37,672 bases of DNA from positions 1-37,672 of IMG/VR virus record IMGVR_UViG_3300020397_000420; one strand, given 5' to 3'. A program made the translations under genes and the position numbers. Each line of letters starts with the position of its first letter. Within the stretch, counting starts at the first letter, position 1. Below are positions 33,701 through 37,672 of the stretch, piece after piece. The DNA comes from a virus (lineage: Duplodnaviria; Caudoviricetes). Below the pieces are notes generated by a model. That model searched no databases. It was not told the DNA's origin and saw nothing but the letters and a program-made list of their open reading frames with translations.

Positions 33701-36623
33701 GCAATCTCTTGGGTATGACAGCCTAAGAGTAACAGAGCAAAACAGACTGCCGGAGGCTGGTGTTGTAGAGCATGAGGCTTTGGTTGTCTTCGACAATAAA
33801 AACGTGAAGTCACCCGACGCGAGGGAGTTTAATCGCTTCGCAGAATTTTTCCATCTTGAGAAAGCAGACGATGGAGATACCGCACCAGTTGGAGAGCTTG
33901 CTACTGCAATGATGGATACAGGTGGTAAACCTGATCCAAACAGAATGGGAGCTATCATTGATCGCATGGAGAAAAGCGGTCTAGCCCAAGGTGCCCAAGT
34001 AATTATGAAAAAGATGCGCGGGCAAAACCTGACACCAGAAGAAGAAAGTATTCTTCACACCGCAAACCCGCTCCGCTTTTTGCAGAACAATGCGAACCGA
34101 TTACGCAACCGTCACATGCACTGGTTGGCAGACTGGACCAAGCCTCGCGAAGGTGCGGGTTTCCATGAAAAAGAAATAAACTTCTTAGCCGCGAAAGTTC
34201 TGCCTATTTTGAATGGCATCCGGTCAGTCACCGGAGAGACCCCAATCACAAAATGGAAAGATACGGTCATAGCAAACCCATTTGTGAAAGGGGTTAAACA
34301 GCACCCAGCCGCTGCTGCGGTTGTAAAGGCATTGCGCCGGGGCGAGGACTATGCAGTAAATAATTTAAATCCAGAGCAATTAGCTTTGTACAACAAAGTA
34401 AGATCGTCCTTTGATGCAGAACTACAGGCAATGAATGATCTTGGTATAGGCGTTGGTCGGATCACAAACTATGTACCACAGATCTATGACATCGAAGCCA
34501 TTCAAACGCACCAAGATGAGTTCATAACGATTATTGCGGAAATGATCCGTCGAGATCGCCGGGACAATCCAAGCAATGTGTCGTCTTCTCCGGCAGATGC
34601 GCTTGAGGTAGCTAAGTCTATTATGCTTCGTATCGTTGATGAGGAAGGTGTATACATTCCAGAATTTAAAATGCGCTCATCAAGAAATGGAAAGAACCCG
34701 CACACTGATTACGCTAGAGTTCTTAATCTGTCGGCAACCAATGAACTTGGTCAGCTAAGATATGGTGACATATTACAGGTTCTTGAAGACAGAGGATTTC
34801 TGGTCAACAACCTTGATGGAATTGTAAGTAAATATTTTGAGGGCACGACCAAGAAAATTTTATTCCAAGAAAAATTTGGCACTGGCTCTCACGGCTACCA
34901 TGACTATATGGCTGTCAGAGGTGGTGGAGGTCGTGCCGCTGTCGAGCTTCTATCCAGCAACAAAGTTGCTCCAAGGGACAAGCTGGCAAAGAGCGACTAC
35001 AACTCTATTGTGGGCGACGATGTGCGTATTAATGACATCAAAGGTTTTGATGAAGCAGACGCACAGGTGATTGTCGATAATATTATCACTGGTATAGCAA
35101 GCGGAACAATGACAGTTCCATCCATCAAAAAACTTTTGGATATGGCTAAACCTAATGCAACTCAAGCAGATCGAGTACGATTCGAGGCGGTAGCAAATGC
35201 GTTATGGGAACACGAAAATTTTGGGGCCATCAAGCAATCGGCTGGAGATTTCTCTGATGCGTACTTTGCTCAAATCCAAGGGCGAAACCTCGAACAAACT
35301 CAACGGTCTCGCATGGCAAGACAAGCGTCGAAAGCAATTAGAAACTTTAATTCAGTTACATTACTTTCGTATACTGCCCTTACCTCGCTGACCGATCTTG
35401 CTATCCCGCTATTGCGCGGGGCACGGATGCGCGACTCCTTTAACGTCATGCGTAAGTCTTTAACTGGAGACAATGCAGCCGAATATCGCGCTGCCATCGC
35501 CAATATTGGTGCCGCTATGGAGTCGCAAATTCATTCGCGTATGTCCATGCTCTATGGTTCCGCTGGTGGTAAATTTACTAACCAGTTTTTTGCTGCAAAC
35601 TTATTGGCTCCTTGGACAAATGTTCAGCGGAATATCGCAACGGCAACAGGGTATGAGTTACTAAAGGCACAGCAAAAGATTGCTGTCAAAAACTACAACC
35701 CAAACAGCAAGACACAGAACAGAGCATTCCGAAACGCAAAGCGTATGCTCAGTGAATTCGGGATAGGTGAATATGTTACCAATGGTAAAACACTGGATGA
35801 CTTATCTATATTAGATGCAGTCAACGGTGACCAGAATGTCAGGATGGCCCTTCATCGTTTCGCCAACGAAACCATATTTACCCCCAACAAAAGTGACGTA
35901 CCCTTATGGGCACAGGGTCCAGTTGGTGCGGTTGTTTTTCAGTTGAAATCGTACCCACTAATGTTCCAGAGATTAGCTGGCAAGATTGTATCAGAAGCGT
36001 TTGGTAAAACAGACGGTCAGTTCAACGCCAATTTTGTACCACTGGTAAATTTCTTGCTGGCTGGATCTGCAATGGGCACGGGCACTCTTACAATCAAGGA
36101 CTTCGCACAAATGCGCGGAGGAGATGATGATGCATCTTTCGATGTAAGAGAAAGAAAGCTGTCAACCATTTTAGAAAAGATGGGATACGATGCTAAGATC
36201 CACGGCCCTGCCGACGACTTTTTAGGCTGGGTGATCGAGGCACAGATGCACCTGGGTGGTTTCGGTTTGCTGGCAGATATCTTCTATAATGTTGCGGCCC
36301 AAGCAGACAACGGCCTCTACGGAGCAACAAGGATATCAAGCACCTTGCTTGGTCCATCATCAGGTACATTCTTGGATGCTGTTCAAACTGGACAAGGTTT
36401 GTACGACCAAGCACTAGACCTATCACCAGACAGCAATGCCAAAGAACGTGCAGCCTATAGAATGCTTGCATCTCGTATTCCATTTATTGGAGGCAACAGG
36501 TTCTTGCGTGAAGGGGCTGCTGATATTTTTGGAGGTGAAGACACAACCAAGAAAGAAAAGGCTTTGAACTATGGTGCGAACTACGGAACCAAGTATGGAC
36601 AAAATTACGGAGCGAAGTACTAG
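27729..36623 (+). CDS. giant internal virion / large polyvalent protein with zincin and ADP-ribosyltransferase-like motifs
   Basis: 2964 aa; TTG start with GGAG; Gly-rich membrane-like segment near N-terminus; HELFH...EEILA; WFHATP...FGPGIYL...GYDSL...EALVVFDNKNVKS; C-terminal NYVPQIYD and VFQLKSYP like T7 gp16-type ejection proteins. Confidence 0.85.
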   Translation: MKSFTPYTYDDVQKESEVTRNAFASPKAGYLQNFDPKTVLKDPDFLNDLRDVYAQKGEFHTSDKDLVDSFFSDKAWQEFNSVALAKGVYDSYAADDAIKEKMARIQAVYDQFPNFWEEGGRSAFDALSDAVPAAILDPINLIPFGKAAVIGKAAAKAGKSAFWAGARDGAVKVGTVETAIGAGFGVGEELRRVETGQTEEVSLGNIALSTILGGALGGLLGGGIGGIASKITGDQTRQIIARKAFLEEQLPKLSGKEQADAVTEIGQINQILDSADPNFVPEERLALPKMEQADAQVQDFRTAQAVEAEDAAMLDELAPSMEDIGDQNLDRLAESIRVEIDQIEKQMGLRPGALGTPEQAAAYKGDAERFSQELFDRYEALQKQLVNISTAKQTKGLADALRTEAQKAADKGNVTKAQELNTKAAQAEANWKFYSTATDLRELDGKLRADFIVGDEVIPERVATEMQEVAAENAKKKAIEEQNQEFFNRMDEETQAAWNSLDDGSAERAAFLDSVIAQMGEDLAALRNNNLPDQNFGSGKKKTLDVVDGKPVETRFMTEEEVSSVTKKLDDFIKEQAEAQKALRAKEEPKPAAPEQVIPEDPDFKGVKFKKAKKAKPEQPSLVFDPVTKGYVSPDDIASREAAAEATPEAVEETATPAIAEEDIKVKFKQIRVGEVTEYEPVITVKGQRVYLSEMTSDFRISRSMDKGKPKWSYEGTGSSRLDEAKASVEGAIIDGLLSGDEGFIITGKTDAGTLVDPGPLPEGYVYAIMDGGDTRRAAEYQMMDLADGKYESPVDLLKVMAGRNAGNNWEVGFVPEGTTPNQRDFADIFIKSADDVPGDKSDAIYNFNLSTRDSLPTLQQLNEQNTMVDLGNYSSVGFDGRKRDYPNLAAGNKTAPIAEVVNRIGELENRTVSTRRNTMLRTQEELDQLYAALPAYKLSEQTKASAVDQLIGETGVLSNAAPESVATIRDLLRRVANRDGVLPEFAKGKKSQFVRKSDGSSVIELNPKDNSGAHSVGHELFHWMYANILTPSEKSELNNIVINAIYDADGNLDLTKMQEMSPLPLRVGDRVAIDGSLFLELTSGKGKAQQISSNSVEEILASQFNLYLFSELPEQANVFQKIARYISAIIDRFLDGKRLDPDLADRFNRFLPEAAQNKMRGAKPASTTVGKQIEASFDQLYNLRESLEKAMANPGGVTKTRIIEHIQNVAKLANDGDIGGALQDAGMIDIMKLAAADIGDSAAVLGMANRIIDAHDVLEEKLMASFVEVEGAKLAPAWPRGTPNAEGTSKLGSHAANAQQDMAELRASLKEGFEAARASGDRQEMESVFLAIAPTIESYRTFDMFRNMKVRDPKGEAHPLGRRDGYMYELKNRIYAYGQAPASRDKDAIAQLSDRGYRAEAMLLYKEVDDVIRQLHPSFVNITRKNKNSVSKKAAEKVSKAKSAKKTAAKKTLTERKKAEKSDVSVDARLRTLTPEMVDRELLTSSTDKRAADIGAELERREAAQVPEGLEQTPITTRKVYSLIRQEDMEFSGVQIEDGIPNNAPAMVRESIRKITHRDPATQRMARGMMHRLINIADGDQLRLMNVAEASPDVAYTGEPFNLLRNDLRQLARSIGGTGKTKVQNARSASKKIAELTLRASPPTADRFAAIEAAYEFADDALKQGRSASQWFQAHLQNAITGRGGRRPFLGPNAFEANEALETAVESAAYLTNGFIRKGEMQSAMKPLLQYGDIFEGVPSPPSPRRQINERSFVEGGLGADENGKSIAWFHATPNTRPFGSRDFVWEVSRAIDNPRFGPGIYLGRSQENLKNIYAKNPTLAAMTRMIDNMVADEDKGFADQIAYALSSARMQINDINMQMTRPENANSKALVEELGLLRDAEEGLVETLSEMGIETMPGVIETRVRAVAPIDIREGTKYSVHHPDMKNMMDVTITNGLVPEEKIIDLTNELGAMTDGFEGSYLYSRLVDEIADTQQIGEGAAKGELTAALQSLGYDSLRVTEQNRLPEAGVVEHEALVVFDNKNVKSPDAREFNRFAEFFHLEKADDGDTAPVGELATAMMDTGGKPDPNRMGAIIDRMEKSGLAQGAQVIMKKMRGQNLTPEEESILHTANPLRFLQNNANRLRNRHMHWLADWTKPREGAGFHEKEINFLAAKVLPILNGIRSVTGETPITKWKDTVIANPFVKGVKQHPAAAAVVKALRRGEDYAVNNLNPEQLALYNKVRSSFDAELQAMNDLGIGVGRITNYVPQIYDIEAIQTHQDEFITIIAEMIRRDRRDNPSNVSSSPADALEVAKSIMLRIVDEEGVYIPEFKMRSSRNGKNPHTDYARVLNLSATNELGQLRYGDILQVLEDRGFLVNNLDGIVSKYFEGTTKKILFQEKFGTGSHGYHDYMAVRGGGGRAAVELLSSNKVAPRDKLAKSDYNSIVGDDVRINDIKGFDEADAQVIVDNIITGIASGTMTVPSIKKLLDMAKPNATQADRVRFEAVANALWEHENFGAIKQSAGDFSDAYFAQIQGRNLEQTQRSRMARQASKAIRNFNSVTLLSYTALTSLTDLAIPLLRGARMRDSFNVMRKSLTGDNAAEYRAAIANIGAAMESQIHSRMSMLYGSAGGKFTNQFFAANLLAPWTNVQRNIATATGYELLKAQQKIAVKNYNPNSKTQNRAFRNAKRMLSEFGIGEYVTNGKTLDDLSILDAVNGDQNVRMALHRFANETIFTPNKSDVPLWAQGPVGAVVFQLKSYPLMFQRLAGKIVSEAFGKTDGQFNANFVPLVNFLLAGSAMGTGTLTIKDFAQMRGGDDDASFDVRERKLSTILEKMGYDAKIHGPADDFLGWVIEAQMHLGGFGLLADIFYNVAAQADNGLYGATRISSTLLGPSSGTFLDAVQTGQGLYDQALDLSPDSNAKERAAYRMLASRIPFIGGNRFLREGAADIFGGEDTTKKEKALNYGANYGTKYGQNYGAKY
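36567..36620 (+). repeat. degenerate 12-nt tandem repeat encoding (N/K)YGx x4.5
   Basis: aactatggtgcg aactacggaacc aagtatggacaa aattacggagcg aagtac = NYGANYGTKYGQNYGAKY. Confidence 0.8.
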
Positions 36624-36631
36624 GAGGCAAA

Positions 36632-36802
36632 ATGGAAGGAGTAAGTATTGGCGATTGGATAACAATTTTTTTCGGAGTGTTCACAATTTTATCGGGAATG
36701 ATTTTCGCATTAATTAGAAACCATGTGATGCTTCAAGAGTGCATCAAAAAGATCGAGACCCTCTTCTCATTGATCAATCAGATGAAGGACCGGGGCAAGT
36801 GA
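36632..36802 (+). CDS. small single-TM protein (56 aa), holin/antiholin candidate; not in ORF track
   Basis: AGGAGG RBS; MEGVSIGDWITIFFGVFTILSGMIFALIRNHVMLQECIKKIETLFSLINQMKDRGK; GTGA overlap with endolysin. Confidence 0.7.
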   Translation: MEGVSIGDWITIFFGVFTILSGMIFALIRNHVMLQECIKKIETLFSLINQMKDRGK

Positions 36803-37194
36803 GATTGCTCCAAGGCAAATATGCCAGCAAGCATTTTCTGTGGACAGAGTTGCAATGTCGATGCGGGAAGCCCTGCAATGAAGAGGGCACTGGCCCCAGT
36901 CGTTATGTACAACCGGAGGCTCTTGAGAAGTTGGAAATCGTGCGCAGCTTACTAGGACCGCTGCGCATAAATTCTTGCGTGAGGTGCCCAATCTGGAATC
37001 AGGCCGTGCGTGGGGCACCCCTGTCGATGCATCGAGCTACGAGTATTCGCCCTGCGAGAGCGATAGATATTCGCCTCGACTACCCAAAGGAAGAGATCAT
37101 TAAAGCAGCGGAAGAAGCTGGCTTCAAAGGCATCGGAATTAACTACAGAACATTTGTTCATGTCGATAACAGGAATAGAAGAGTGAGGTTTTAA
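36799..37194 (+). CDS. peptidase M15A family endolysin
   Basis: HF...ELQCRCG, INS.VRC...N..V.GA..SMH, AIDI, GIGI...FVHVD.R (Zn ligands H, D, H); GTG start at 36799 preferred. Confidence 0.88.
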   Translation: MRLLQGKYASKHFLWTELQCRCGKPCNEEGTGPSRYVQPEALEKLEIVRSLLGPLRINSCVRCPIWNQAVRGAPLSMHRATSIRPARAIDIRLDYPKEEIIKAAEEAGFKGIGINYRTFVHVDNRNRRVRF

Positions 37195-37672
37195 TGGAAA
37201 TTTTAGGAACAGTTGTCAGCGGTTTGTTTGGCAGTGCCATCGGGGGTTCTGGTCTAGGGCTGATTGGCACAGTAGTGGGCAAGACATTTGGATGGTTGGA
37301 GCAAAAAGAAAAAAACAAAACACTACTTGCACAGAATGCACATGAATTAAATCTCATCCAAGAGCAAGCTAAAATAAAACAAGTCGAGATGGAGTCTGAA
37401 TACATGATCGCGCAGATGGAGGCTGATGCGAATATCCGAACAGCGGCCTATCAGCACGACGCATCTTATGGGGAAACTCCAATGTGGTGTAGTGCCCTTC
37501 TCCGACTGGTCAGACCAGTGGTGACCTTTTTGCTGATGGGTATGAGTGCCTATATATATTACAAGGCATACGAGTTTGGCGACTGGACGACGACAAAGAT
37601 GCTTGCAGAGGAAGTAGTCTTTATGTGTTCTTTAGCAATTACCTTCTGGTTTGGCAGTCGTCCAGCTAACAG
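37194..37672 (+). CDS. GTA-type 3TM holin family protein, truncated at window edge
   Basis: ATG 37194 (TAATG coupling); MEILGTVVSGLFG...LVRPVVTF...ITFWFGSR; no stop before window end. Confidence 0.75.
   Translation, partial: MEILGTVVSGLFGSAIGGSGLGLIGTVVGKTFGWLEQKEKNKTLLAQNAHELNLIQEQAKIKQVEMESEYMIAQMEADANIRTAAYQHDASYGETPMWCSALLRLVRPVVTFLLMGMSAYIYYKAYEFGDWTTTKMLAEEVVFMCSLAITFWFGSRPAN

Noticed and set aside
21-37405. Numerous short antisense and alternate-frame ORFs in the track (e.g. 7803-8363 -, 31265-31735 -, 3007-3348 +)
   Set aside because: They lie inside long, motif-supported genes, lack RBS or coupling, and read as shadows of the sense codon pattern
1-37672. CRISPR array, tRNA, integrase/att site, intron or intein
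   Set aside because: No regularly spaced repeats or cloverleafs were seen; TerL and other core genes are uninterrupted and of normal length; GGGACGAC copies are kilobases apart and not an array

Overview
The window is the virion-assembly, packaging and lysis half of a tailed dsDNA phage. It looks podovirus-like: portal, scaffold, major capsid protein, adaptor, nozzle-like protein and internal/ejection proteins are present, with no tape measure or sheath. The host is probably an aquatic alphaproteobacterium, inferred only from gene content. At the left edge a minus-strand operon (Gp88-family Cys protein plus a PAPS-reductase-family protein) runs off the window. From ~1.9 kb everything is on the + strand: probable TerS, three small ORFs, TerL, portal, a tail-fibre/adhesin module, two 2OG-Fe(II) oxygenases, scaffold, small basic proteins, major capsid protein with a UUCG terminator, a small accessory cassette (metallothionein-like peptide, exported protein, MscS-like fragment), adaptor/nozzle/tail proteins, five internal virion proteins ending in a 2964-aa polyvalent protein with metallopeptidase and ADP-ribosyltransferase-like motifs, and a lysis cassette. 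The clearest unexplained signal is the 8-mer GGGACGAC, found 8 times by eye, all on the + strand, 6 of them directly upstream of late gene blocks, 17-19 nt before a -10-like hexamer; it is a candidate phage late promoter. No tRNA, rRNA, CRISPR array or mobile element was seen. All family calls come from motif recognition by eye, not database searches.
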